From Klebsormidium nitens (Eukaryota; Plantae; Klebsormidiophyceae): a DNA stretch of 64,000 nt. Positions 13,488 to 26,600 of the stretch are shown piece by piece. The DNA is taken from assembly GCA_000708835.1 (NCBI GenBank), contig DF237099.1, positions 1-64,000 of the forward strand, in the 5' to 3' direction. Below the pieces are notes generated by a model. That model made no database searches. It was not told where the DNA came from and was given only the letters and a program-made list of their open reading frames with translations. The first letter of the stretch is position 1, and every line of letters begins with the position of its first letter. Both the position numbers and the translations under genes were made by a program.

Positions 13488-16400
13488 TTCCTCGGATGGG
13501 GTTCGGAACCGCGGGGCTGGGCAATCAAACCAAGCAGGCGGTCTTATGGGCGATCGAAGCTGGCTACAGGTAAGTCGTAGACGCTTCCCGTCACTCTTCT
13601 CTTTTCTGTCAAATTTGGATCCTCCGGATTTCTTCCTCTTGCGGCCAACTACGGAGTTGGTTCTTCGTTCGAAGCTTGGGGTACCGTTTTGTTATATTTC
13701 CGAAACAGGCATTGACTTTCTCCTTCAATCTGTTGGATGGAAGGAACCAGCAGGAAGTCACTCAAATTGGCTTTTGAACGGATCACCGTACACGCATCTA
13801 AACTCGTTTAATTTCGAGTAACCCTTTTTGGCCTGCCGAACACTCAGGACATACTTTAAACGGGAACAGAAATTTCAAAGTCTAGCAGGTAACATAGGGT
13901 TTCCGGGATTCCTAAAGTGTTCAATAGAGGGTTATCTCGCGTTGAGCCTGACGACATTAAACGCTGGTACAATATCTACGTTTCGCATCTACGTGACTGT
14001 CAGAAGTCCACAACCTTTCTGGACGCAGTGCACCTGGATCTCAACTAGATCTCGACACACCTTCTACAACGAACGTCTTTTTCCGTCCTGACCCCGAAAG
14101 GACGAAGGAATTGAGTTTTAAGCGAAGGCTACTTTGAAATAAGCTTCACAAGGATTCAAACCTGGTTCTAACCAGGTTGTTCGACCCGGCGAATAGGCTT
14201 AACCAGGGACTAAACCCGGTTCTGACCAGGTTGTTCGACTCGGCGACTGCGCGGGAGTGGTACCGCCAGGACGAGTTGGGAGCTGCCATCAAGGAGAGCG
14301 GGATCCCTCGAGACCACCTGTTTCTGGTAACGAAGGTGAGCGCAGCCGGCGCATTTTGGTCCTAGATACAGTGGCATTCTGCCTCACCTGTTTCTCGTAT
14401 TAAAGGGAAGCGAAGGCAGGTCGATCTGGTGTCCTAGAAACGGTGGCAATCTGAGTTTCGCGTTTTTTTAGCATGGAATTCTCGCTTTAAAGAGGGCGTC
14501 ACGGGACCGTAACCCCTGACGTCACGTAGCGGCATCGGAACATGGCTTCCTAACAAGCTGTCGCCAAAAACTGTTGTATTCACGCCTGCACCAAGAGTGC
14601 TTGGCCTTGCTTGAAGTGGCCGGGTGATGACGTCCCGTCAATGCTTTCTGTAAAGTGCCATTTACTTGCTGGTTGTTAGAAACACCATTTGGAGGCTGAA
14701 CCACAAAGCTCTGCCGGAAACCGGAAGGCTGTTGTCGGGCCATCCGGCTGCATTCAGGCGTCTTAGTTATCATTTGACGAAACGAATTCGAAACTTCACT
14801 TTAAGCTCCGACTTGCTCCAATCCGTTATCACCTTAGGCCTGCGCAACGCCTTCGGCATCGCCACAATCTTCATCGAACCATCACCGGTACGCATCCCCG
14901 CATCGCTTTCCAGATCGCCTTTCCACAATGCTCGATCCAGCGGCCAACTGGAGCCGCAAATTTCACCGCAAGCATGCAGAAACACCCCGCTTCCCTAGGC
15001 GCATTATCACACCCGTTCGTAAAAGCAGCTTTGCCTCTGGTGTGAATATGCAGATCCATCCCCGGGACATGACGATCCAGGGCACGAAAGCCGCGCTAGC
15101 GGGCGCTTTGAAGGACCTCCAAACCGACTACGTAGACTTAGCGTTGCTGCACTACCCGCGCTGCTTCGAGCAACTAGAGGGGTGCTACAAGAACGGGAAG
15201 GTCGTCCCAGGTTCCTGGATGGACGGGTAAGTCTTAAGGTTGAAAATTTTCGACATGTTGGACTTGAGCTATTGTTGGATGGATGGATGGACTTTTCTGG
15301 CTCGGATGTTGTGGAATCTTTGGCGTCAGAATTGCTGCGCTGTACACTGTGCTTCGAGCAACTAGAGGGGTGCTAAAGAACGGGAAGGTCGTCCCAGGGT
15401 CCTGGATGGACGGGTAAGTCTTGAAGTAATAAATTTCGACATGTTGGATTTGAGCTACTCTTGGATGGATGGATGGACTTTTCCGGCTCGGATATTGTGG
15501 AATCTTTGGAGTAGAATTGCTGCGCTGTACACTTTGCTTCGAGCAACTAGAGGGGTGCAACAAGAACGGGAAGGTGGTCCTAGGGTCCTGGATGGACGGG
15601 TAAGTCTTCCTGAGTCGAAGATGTGAAAGTTGCTGCGCTGTACAGTGCTTCGAGCAACTAGAGGAGTGCTACGAAAACGGAAGGTGGTCCTGAATTCTAA
15701 CTGGACGAGATCTGTGCTTCGATGACAACCACAGAATGGGCGGGACAGGAGTCCGAACGTGACCGGATGGATCGGAAATGGTCGGGAATACTTTTCACAC
15801 CTTGTATCGCTCGTAGATTGGTCATGCGACCGTATTTTTAGAAATGTATGTATCACGATGCCACAACAAGCGCCCTTCAGTGATACTGACGTCCGTCTTT
15901 GGCAGTTGGACGGCTCTGGAGAATCTGTACTGGGAGGGCAAGGTGCGGGCCTTGGGGGTGAGTCCTTGTTCCGGTTCCGGTTCCGGTTCCGATTCGAGCC
16001 CCGTTTGCCTTCTTGTTACCGTTTCATTCAGGTCCTCGTTTCTTGTCGGTTCTGACGTCCTTTTCTGTGCCCGTTCCGCCTTTTTTCCGTGTTGCTTACC
16101 ATTCCGGTTACTTGCATCTTCGTTCGTCATGCACAAAAAAAATTGCACCGGTCTCGGCTTCGACAAACAATCGTACTCTCTTCATGGACTTCGAGACAGT
16201 ATTACCCTTTGGATCGAGGCTAGACATTTTAGCGTCAGGACAATAGAAGTAGAATATTCATTACTGTCGTTGATGGAAGTTTCTGAGCCGAGATTGTAGA
16301 TTTGGTAGAATCTGAACGACACCGCTTGATTCAGCAATAGTTTCCCCGTCTTTCTGTCCAGACCTCCCTTCTCGGGTTTGTTTCTTTTCGTTTCCTCTGT

Positions 16401-19247
16401 CGTTGTTCTTGATTTTCTTGATAGGTCTCATACTGTTTCCGAACTCCTCGAACCGTCTGTTTTCAACCTCCTGGATAGCCCGTATTTTCCTTTCTGACTC
16501 TTCTTTCGCCCACATCTTTAAGATTGTACATGCTCAAAATCGTCAAACCTCCCAGACTTTTACCTTCAAAGTCCTGACAGCGTGCCACATACTCAAATTT
16601 TGTCCCCCAATCTCCGGAGGTGTCAAACTCTCATATCCAAAAATTCCTTTGACTCAAACATCAAACTCTGAAACCCTCAAACACGCTTCCTCAAACACCC
16701 ATTCGCAGGTGAGCAACTTCGACATGCGAGAAGCGGGCGCTGTTTGCCGCTTCGCTTCCAACAAGATACAACCGCACGTCTTCCAGGCGTAAGCCCGCCC
16801 CTACCGCCCCTGTCTTGCTTCCTGATGTCAAGGTTGCCCTTCTTATATAGATCGCTTGAGGTTGTTGCTTCGAGATTCTCTTCTGCCTTTGAATATCGAC
16901 ATCTTTAAAGCGGTCCACTTCTGTTTCAGATACGATCGGGCTGAAGATATGTCCGCACCCATAGACGTATGTGAAGATCCTTCATATTCATCTCCATTGT
17001 ACGATATGCTGCACGACTTTCAGATTGGCGACCTTTGCGTTACTCTTGGTATGTCTACCTCACATTGAACTTGGGTTAGGCGATTGGCGGCCCACGTGAC
17101 AATGATTGCAAGTTATGAAATGATTGCCGGGTTGACGGTGGCCTCTGTTTCCTGTCCCAGGAACTCCGACCTGATTACCAGCAACGCAAGAATACGAGTG
17201 AGTCGGCCTTCCTTTGTTCCAAAACGATGGTTCTCGAGTCCATGTCTATCCCAGCTTTGAAAATGAGTGCAGGACCTAAACCTGCAATTTTAAAGTAACG
17301 GCCTCTACAGCGTCAGCTTTGTGAACGATTGGCTCGGGCAAAGATCGCGCCAAAGGACGACACTGATGGCGTCACGCAGAAGGTTTTGGCTTTGGTCAGA
17401 GGCAGGAGTCACTCGACAAAGCTGACAGTAAGGCAACGGGTAAAATGCATGGGTAGAATCTACTCAAGACCATCTCAACATGCGACTTTCCGTTGTGCAA
17501 ACATGACTCCGCTTTGCGTGTCGGAGTTTCGAAATGTACTTCTTCGGTTTATTGGTTGTTCGGGGACCGCGGCTCCTGAGTTCGTGGGATCACTTCGCTG
17601 TTTCAAACAGAGTCTGGTCAAAGCCACAACGAAGCTCTGCTCCTGATCCGCCACGTGTCGTCCTTTCAGAGGTGGGCCATTTACAAGCGCATGCTGTTCA
17701 TGGGCTACAGCACGCTGGGTAACCAGTGGGTTTCGCAGGGTTACGAGCCTAACCCGGTAAGCGCCCACCTCATTGATGCCACGTTGCGAGTGTGTCAAGA
17801 CCTTCGGCTGTACTTCGGGGCCTTCCTATTTGACACCAGCGGCAGAAGTCGTCAGTTTACGTCGATTGGCAGAAGGATCCGAGGACGGGTCAGTCCAGAA
17901 GTGACAGTGACGTACATTATAAGCGCAACCAAGTCAGATGGTTTGAGCTAGTGGCTCCTGCATCTACTGCATTGATACTTTCGAGTTTTGCCTCGCAACG
18001 CCTTGTTTGCCCTCGTTGTTTCTGGCGCAAGTGCTTTTATCCAACCGCAAAAGCGTCGTTGCTTTCCGGTTTCGTATCAGTAGTGCCTCGTGGGCGTTGA
18101 TCATTTCAAAAGCATTAGTTTAGTCCGGCAACTGAGTTCGCAATCTGTTGTCAAAGCTGCACCTCCTTTCCTTAAGCTGAACGGACCCCTGTTGTCCAAT
18201 CTCTTCTCAAACTTGAGTGATCGTATACTCCGATATCAGTCTTCTGAGCGGGTTGGACATTGTCGATACAACCCTTCAAGCAAGAGCAAAGCAAAATCCG
18301 ATTTCTATCGCCCAGTATACTCGATACCTTCTCTCGTTAAGAAGCAACGTCCAGTCAGAAGAGGTTGCTTATGAGTCTTGATCGTTGTAACAGGTCCTCT
18401 TCAACCCGGTCGTTGAGAGGATTGCCAAGCTCCGCAACTGCACCGCGGCGCAAGTGAGTGACGTGGCAGCCCGGACACGTGGCTTCGCAATATGCTCATT
18501 TCCAACCTTTTGAATCCTTCCTTGAGGTAGAAACGAGTATGAAGAGACACCTTTCTTGAGCTTGCATGTTTCTTCGCTGCCTGAGGGTTAAGTCCGTCCA
18601 AAGCCCCTATGAAATCAGATTCTTTGTTGTGAGGCCGTTGCTGAAGAAGAGGGCATGCACCCGTCGTTGATTCTGGGTTTTCCAAGGGGTGTACTGTGCT
18701 TACTGCGCGCTGATGCCGCTGTGCTGTACCGGGAATGCGTTCTGTTTGCTGTGACAACAGCTGGCGATTGTGACCCAAACCCCAGAACTGCGATGCTCAT
18801 GGATTGCTAACAACGTCCCCCAAGACAGCCCTGTTGGCGTAACCGCCGACATGAAGCGATGAGCAGTCAGCGAATCGTTCAGACGTCGCTGCAAAGCCCT
18901 TATATCCCTGGTCAATTGACGTTTGGAGTCGAAGACGTTCCACTTGTTCTTTCGCGCTGTCTGCATCCATCGGAAAGCCGTGCGAAGGTTTCCTATTTTT
19001 CTCAAAGGCGTTGTTCCTCCCGGTTCTGATCTATGCTCGGGGCGTTCAGGTGGCACTGCGGTGGGCGCTCAATTGGGACCAGGTAATCATTCCCCGGTCA
19101 CACACCCGGGAGCACATCTTCGAGAACTTCCGGGTGTTTCAGGGGGAGTGCGAGGTTGACGGGGCGGAGATGCACGCTTTGAACGCCCTAGAGAAAATGG
19201 GGGTGGATCGGGTGATGGAGACATATGAGGCGACGCATCAGAGCTGA
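13488..19247 (+). CDS. Aldo-keto reductase; exons 13488-13569, 14230-14335, 15054-15226, 15906-15957, 16709-16788, 17161-17197, 17670-17756, 18394-18453, 19050-19247 (5' end unresolved)
   Basis: The spliced product reads PRMGFGTAGLG...AIEAGYRLFDSATAREWY...LFLVTKIHP...DYVDLALLHYP...WTALENLYWEGKVRALGVSNF...GYSTLG...AQVALRWAL...VIIPRS...HIFENF. The AKR Asp/Tyr/Lys/His tetrad is present and all phases are consistent. Confidence 0.9.
15144..15691 (+). repeat. Tandem array (~185-188 bp period, 3 full and 1 partial copies) of the AKR exon 3' end, donor and intron start
   Basis: TGCTTCGAGCAACTAGAGG starts at 15162, 15350, 15535 and 15646. GGACGG|GTAAGTC donors lie at 15227, 15414 and 15600. Confidence 0.9.
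15968..15991. repeat. (GTTCCG)4 microsatellite in an AKR intron
   Basis: Seen directly, just after the donor at 15958. Confidence 0.9.
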
Positions 19248-20674
19248 AAGTGGGGGCACGCGGGCGGAGGGTTTGTTTCGGCACTGTTAAAATTATTTGC
19301 GACCGGCTTTTTAAAAAGGTACTAACCAAGGTGATTAACCCGGCTTGTCAGTGAGCGCCTCTTCATCGGGATATGCTAATCAAACACGTGTTTGACGGTC
19401 ATGAAGCGCATCTGGCAGATTGATTCCTGACAGAAGAAAGCTGTGGCAGGAGGATTCTTATATCAAGTTAGATGTATTCCGGCCTTCTCATGGTAACTGT
19501 TTAGCAGACCGTACATGGTCGGCCGTCTTGCAGACTACAGGCATTTCCAGGCTCAGCCATCGAATCCTGCCGTATCCCATGATGAGGCCTAATGAGGGTA
19601 CGTGCATACTGCTATATTTCCTGTAAAGTAGACCATACGTACTGGACGGTACTGCATGCGCCCAATGCTTAAATTGATCATGCATGGCGCATGCATGGCC
19701 GGCATGCCGGCACCTCATTGGATCGCAAGATAATGGACAAGCCATGTCACCTGTCGTGCAGCCGTTTCAGTGTCTGCGTAAGTACACGTGCCAGTGCACA
19801 TAGCGGCCTAGGCATGTATACGTGCGATCGGCCACGTTTTCGACGACATCAGCCATGGCATCATTGTAGCGATTTATGCGGTCACTCGTGTTAACTTGCC
19901 TAATTTGCAATATCTGGAAGATGCCCGCGTCGAGGCGGGCCTAGCGTGTGCACTGAGGGGCAACCTTTGACCAAATGAGTCTCCTTATAAGTGAGTCGGA
20001 GCCTGTGACAGTTTCCTATCAACGTCCATATGTTGACCCGCATTGGGTTCTTATAGACCTCGCATTCGATTCTTTATCAGAGTAAGTATGACCGTGATCG
20101 ATTTACGAGTGATCAGGACCAGCTCGCGACTTTGCAACGCGATTAGAAAGTAAACCTCGTGACCCAGTCTACAATACAAGATGTTCAAGTGAAGCTACAA
20201 TTGGAGACTTCCATGCTTTGTAAGTACAGAATCTTATGTTGTATGAGTGCGGATAAATCAGGGTTGTAAGTTTGTCACGAGTATTTCAACTCATCAGCAT
20301 GAATTCTTGAGGCGTCGGACATTGTATCTTCACTGAGGCCCGATGACTCCGGTCGTTAATTTCACTAAGGCAGTGCTTTGACGAACTGGGGTCAGGATCA
20401 ACCTACATGTCAACAGCTAGCTTACACTCACATTACCGGACAACGCTTTGAACAGTAACTGCCGAATACCTTTTCAATCCAAGCCGTTCAAGAGTTTCTA
20501 CTTAAGGGAGGCCACTTAACATACTCATGACTCCGGACAATCTAAGCGCCTTCCCCAACGCCCGTCCCGCTTTTGACCTCTCCAGCATTCGTCGCTTGCG
20601 AGTACTCAAGTCATCCCAAACTTCGGTAGCTGCCCGTGTAGGACGAATTCTAAGACTCGCTAAACCGGCCAGAC

Positions 20675-23600
20675 TCATGTTTGGTTCTCATCCGGCCAGG
20701 TCAGAAAGCACTGCGCAAATCGCTGCTCCACGTCGGATGACGCTCCGCTCGGGCTTCGATGCCCCGCGGAATGTGAGCTCTGTTCTTTGGCTTCACGCAC
20801 TGCCACGTCGGCCCCAGCCGTCGTTGCGTCAGGCCCACCGGCCGAGTCCCCGGGGAGCGGAACCTGCCCCGGCGGAACTTGCTGGGCGAGCCATTGATGC
20901 CACTCGGCACCGTTACCCACCGGTTCTATTCTCTCAGGGGCCTTGGGATCCTCCAACCCGACCCATCCCGGCATGCGGTCCCCCTGCTTCAACCCCGCAC
21001 CCGAGGCATTGGTCTCTTCCAACCGGTCGCCCGAGTCCCCCATATCGTCAGGAAGCTCGTTCCACCCTCCCCCCTCCGTCGCCTGTTCGCCCCCCCCCCC
21101 AACGCCCGGTTCTTCCAACCGGAGCCCTTGCATGGGGCCGACGTCGACCGGTTTTCCAGAGTGCCCCCCCATTGCTCCACCCAAAAGGCCCCCCCGGCGC
21201 GGCCGCTTGCCGCCCCCCTCGGTGTAGGGGGTTCTGATCGGGCTCGAAGCGGAGTCGGGTGTCGATGGCGAGACGAGCGACACGCTCCCGTCGGCGACGG
21301 AAGCTCCAAACCCTTCCCGGTTATCGCCCTCCTCGTAGGGAAGTACGGGGGTTCCGGACCGGGTTAGCGTTGACAGGAACGCGATGGCAGCACGCATCTG
21401 CACGTGCTGCTCCCGCAGCTTGACAACCTGGTCGGGGTCTAACCGGGTCGGGTTAGCGGGGTCCACCGCGTTGAATTGCTTGGCCTGCTGGTCCAAGAGG
21501 CTACAAAGGTGCTCCGTGACCAGCTTGGTTAGGGCCGGGTTAGCGACGCTAGCTTTGCGCGGGGGAGAGTGCTGCCCAGACTCGGCACCGGCCCCCCATG
21601 ACGCACGCGGCTCTTGGGGGGGTGGCTCATGCCCTAGATACAAGCCCCCCGGACCACGACCCGCCGACCCGCTTTCCAAGGACTGACGCGCCGGCAGAAG
21701 TTCTTCGCAAGGGTGAGGAGTTTGCTCGGGATCTAAAGGAGTTTCGTCAGGGGGGCTAGACTGCAAAACGAAAGCCGAGGGCTCGCCCCGACTCTCGTTC
21801 TCGGAGGCGCTTCGCAGGAATTGTTTTTCCGACAGGGGGGACCCGACCGTCCACCGGAAGAAGCTGTTGTCCCCCCCAAAAAGATGAGAGTCCGTGCCGC
21901 CGAAGCCGGCCGAAGTCGGGGGGCTCCCGAAGCTCCTCAAAAGCTCCCCCCCCTCTCCCGACGCCTGGGGCTTGTGAGCTTGCACACGGGTGGCCCCCGC
22001 AGGGGGTCTCCGAATTGTGTCGCTCACTTCTTTCAGCAGCGCCGTGAAGCTTCCGTCGAGGGGGGGCGAAAACTGGGTGTTTGCAACCCCCTGGGCGACC
22101 AGCCCCTCACTAAGTGGGGCCTCAGACTCGTCCCGCCCCGCCCCTCCGCTGCTGGCTTCGCTCGCACTTTTCCCGATGGCAGCCCGCAGCCACCCCGGTT
22201 CGCTGACGTCAGCGGAGGCGTACCGCGCCAGGAGGCCGGGGGGAACCCCCGAGACCATATCCTCCCACCGCACCCCCCCCCTCGGCAGCTGCTGTTCGGC
22301 ACCCCCCCCCGGACCTGGATGCCGCGCGTTTAGAATCGCCCACTGCGCCTTCCAATCAAAGTTCTCTTCGGCACTATTCCCTGAGCCGCTGCTTCCTCCG
22401 GAAGCGTCAATCTCGTCCAACGGAAGGTCCGAAACCACCAGCCCCCCCGCCCTTGGCGAGTGCCCCTCACCCCCTTGACGCGTTTTCCTTTTCGCCGCCC
22501 CCCCCGTTGCCACAAACGCACTGCCCCGCCCCTGCTTCTGGAGCGGGATCGTCACAGGTGTTGAGCCGCCAGTTTCGGTCAGGTGGAACGCCGTCTGCTC
22601 AGGGGATCCCCCCGACCGGGAGCTGGTCCACTGCGCAAGCAGCTGCGCCTTCCAGTCGAAATGCCCGCCGCTTTCAGCCGGGCGCTCGCCACTCTCGTTC
22701 TCGCCAAAATCAATCACACCTCGATCCCTCTTTCTCGTGCTGTCCAAGCTCCCAGCTTGCGGCGAACCGCTCGATGTTGCCCGCATCCGGGGGGTCCCCA
22801 CCTGGGGATCCTGAAACCCCCCTCGCTCTTGCACGGGGACGGGGGATCCCCCCCGGGGCACGTCTCCAGGCTTCGCCCACTCCGTTATCCATTGCGATAT
22901 CTGGTCGAGCCGCCAGACTGTCCCCGCTGAGTGCGACCGTTTACTCGCCCCCCCAAGAGGCGTCTCTCCCCTGCCCCGCTCAGGGCTTTCGCTTCTTTGT
23001 TTCTTTAGGGGGATCACCGGCCCGTCGTTTTCTGCCCCCAGCTTGCGGGCCAGCTTTGCAGTAGGCCCCTCTTCGATCACATTATCGAGAGTGAGCGCGA
23101 CGGGCGGCTTCCCATCTGAAACGATTGGCATACGTAATCTCGGCGGATCGCCGGTTTCCCCGGGGTCTTCTCCAGCCTGAGCGATTGCTATCTCTGGCCC
23201 CCCCGGAAGAGCCGTAAGTGGCAGGGGTTTGTCGGATTCCTCCATGTCAGAGGGTGCACCTGGCTGGGAGGATATGACCCCCTTGTCGGACTCTCCCCGG
23301 TTTTCAAGGGAGGGCTTTAGAGAGGCGATGTAAGCTCGGAGAGGGGACGGCGCGAACTTCTTTGCGCTGGTGCTTGTATCCTGCAAAAATCGTGAGGAGA
23401 GACGATGGTGAGCGAGGGGTTTGGATAGTGGGTCAGCCTACAATGCCCGTTGAACATCGCCTCACGTTTACGTTTTGCTTCGTCCATGGGCATTGAAATG
23501 GTTAAGCACAATCGCAGTCGTTCTTTCGGGCCCGAAAACTTGCTCAGGCAGGGGTTAGCTTGCACTAACTCAAATCGGCTGTCATCAGACTCCACTCAGA

Positions 23601-26600
23601 ATACAACCCGAAAGACGGGCAAACCCAGCCTGAAAGAAACATCATCCTGTGATGCTCGACTCTTGTCTGGTCTAGCCGTTCCAAATCCGAACACGCCGTA
23701 AACTCAGTGCTCAATATCGTTGACTGCTATCCAGACGCCAAACAAGGATTCCCCTGCGATTCACAAAACGAACCTGTCGAATCAAGATAAGAGTTGGTGG
23801 GTTTACTTATGAACGCCTTGGACACGCAGACTCAAAACTTGACCTGCAATGGACCCTGACTTGTGGTCACCTCCCAAAGGTCTGATCAACGAAAGGCTTC
23901 AGCAGACCCACCACTTACAAATACCTTACAAGTCCAAGTTAGAGCCAGTCGAGCAGCTTTACGCAGACTCTGGTAACCTCAGCCGACAAAACCCGACCTG
24001 GCCCGTTTACATAATCATGCTCCCTGCCGATGCATTCTGCAGATCACGAAGCACAGATACAAAGGGAAGAAGGACACGGACAAATAAGACGGAAGGTCTG
24101 AGGACCCTCTAACAATGAGTCCTGTAGCAAGACAGGCGGAGACAGGATCCTTCCAGAGCCCTTGGGACAAAGACCTCAGAGCACTCACTTTGCATGTTCT
24201 CGCAACGCAGTTCCAGTGGTTCTTGATCGTGTTTTGGCCCCGGCCAGGGAGATGCCTCGCGAGTATTGCCCACCTAGAAAAGAAGGACGAGTTAGACAGA
24301 ACCTTATATGACGACATTTGAAAGATCAACACGAGGATGACTTTGCAGCACTCTTGAGGTCCTGGGCGTCGGGGTGACACGAAAGAGAAGGAGGAGGGCA
24401 GCGTGAAGAAAAGACCGGTTACATCCTTTTGTAGACGGAGGTCGTGAAGCTGGAGACCCTCTGGATTCCGTTGAGAAAAGACAAGGCTGAAAGATTGGGC
24501 AAGAGAAATTGACGGGAGTGTGTGTGGGGTTCGAGAATTGGGGCCACAAAATGGCCTCAGGAGGAATATGAAGAGCGGTTGTTGACTCAAATGTTTGGGG
24601 TTGAGTCATTGCATGTATGACTTGGAGTATTATCCATCTCAAACAGGAGGAGAAGTGCATCTTGGGCACCAACATGGAAGGGCCACACGAACTCAAGGGC
24701 ATGGCCATGAAGCAGTTCTTCCTTCTTTCCCAAACTTTTCAGTCTTCCCACTCAGTAGCGTAAAGCAGAAACTCCCAACTCTCCTTACACGAATTGAAGC
24801 TCAGCTGGGCATGTTGCAACACAGTTCAAGAACACGATACACCTGATCTTGAGCAAAAATAGAGACGGTGCCCTCACCGGCAGCCAAAGCGCTTATGAAG
24901 CTCCACCATGCATCGGTCCTCCTCGGCCGTCCATTCCTTCTGCAACGAGTAGAGAGGCAAAATGAGACATGCGTTGGGCAAAAGAGAGACACCAAAGGAG
25001 GACAAGCTGGATTCCTTCTGGATCTAAAAAAAGGATGTCCTTTGCGCTGAAACGAAATTGGAAGAGGCATTCTGGTACAGCGAAGGTCTGGGTGAGCATT
25101 CGCGAAAGTAGATGACAAACCTGAAAGACATCGAGAATACCGAGGGCTCAAGTATTCTCAAAAACCAAGACAATGGATGTAAGAAGAGAGGCAGCAAAGA
25201 AAGAGGGAAGTGGCAAAGCCTTTTCCGGCTTTGAGGATCAGAGCGTTACATATTCACATGAAGGCAGCTATTGTTGGGAAAAGAAAGCCAGCAAGCAACT
25301 ACAGTAGTTTGAAGACTTTTTGTAATGGAAGGTGTTCCAGCTGGTTGCATTGTTGCACGGCTCCAGAAGTGCTGGGAAACAGGGCTGGGACCACTTCCAA
25401 AGGTTGCACTTACTCGTTCATATTATATTTGGGTTGTTGGTGTGTCTGAACAGATTCGCTTTGTGCCACCTTGCATCTTATTCTTGTGGATTTCTTGCTC
25501 CAGAAAGATAGCTCTAGCACCCTTTAAACTGCGTGCACGTTTTGCTCTTTTCCCCCTCGCTTCCCCTCTCCTGACTCAGTGGGTATGCAATTGCCATGTA
25601 CCAAGCAATTCTTCAACAAGGCTGAATTAAGAGCTTGCAGCAGCGGAACAGAAACCTTCAATGCCAAGAAGGGGGCAACAGCTTGAAAGCTCATGGTCAG
25701 CATGCAGGTAAGAAGCCGGATTCAAGCCCACCTAGAGGGTCAAAGTCAGACTTTCTGGAAAAAAACTTCCACTCTGAAATAACGTCTGCACAACTTCCAG
25801 CCTCCAGGCGCAGCTGCTAGATTTGAAATTTGGGACTCTGAGAGTCGACATGCAATGCATTGAAAAGGCAAGATTCGTATTTTCAGTCAGTGATGCAACA
25901 TCTTCAGAATGTGAAACTTTTGACTTCAAAGTTTTAAGCCATAACAAATATGTGGACATCTAGAGACCCCTCAAACTCCGCAAACTACCGGTACTTCCGG
26001 TATTAATATGCCGTTTCCAGCTAGAAAGCCGGTCACCTGTGACCTGTCAAATTGCCTGCCATCGTGGAGCGACGATGGAAATGGTGGCAGTGCATCATGT
26101 CCCTGTTCTTTTGATTGAGGCACCGCAGGACTAGCTACCGTTCTGCAAGGTAGGTACTCCGAGTCTGTGCAACGCGTCCATCATTGCTTGGGTTCCATTT
26201 GTGACGTCACCACCTGATCGGCTGGAGACTTCGAACTTGGATCCCAGAGTTCTGGAGTCTGGACCCCATACTCCAGAGTCCAGACCCCACTCAGCACTGC
26301 CCAGACTCTGGAGTCTGGACCCCGAATAAAGTAAAGGCTTATAGCGTATGTTGGCGACTCCAGTTGTAACGGTAGCCTGACAGTAGTAAGTACGCCCGTT
26401 CTTAAACCTAGTAAAGTACGAAATTCAGTACCGTATCACCAATCACAACTCACCAGTGTGCCCACTGCCCAGGTCTTAATGTTGTGAATAGGTAGGTACC
26501 GACCTTGTACACTAGGTACCTATTACCTAGGTAGGTACCTTCCGTGTACCACTGTACATGAGTACCCGCCGCGCCGCCGACGGAGCGCGTGCTGAAAGTC

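Noticed and set aside
15144-15691. Regularly spaced repeats resembling a CRISPR array
   Set aside because: The whole ~185-bp unit is repeated with no unique spacers, it derives from an exon/intron junction, and there are no cas genes in this eukaryotic context.
16261-16515. Charged 84-aa antisense ORF in an AKR intron
   Set aside because: It is explained by the pyrimidine-rich plus strand, with no domain or splice evidence.
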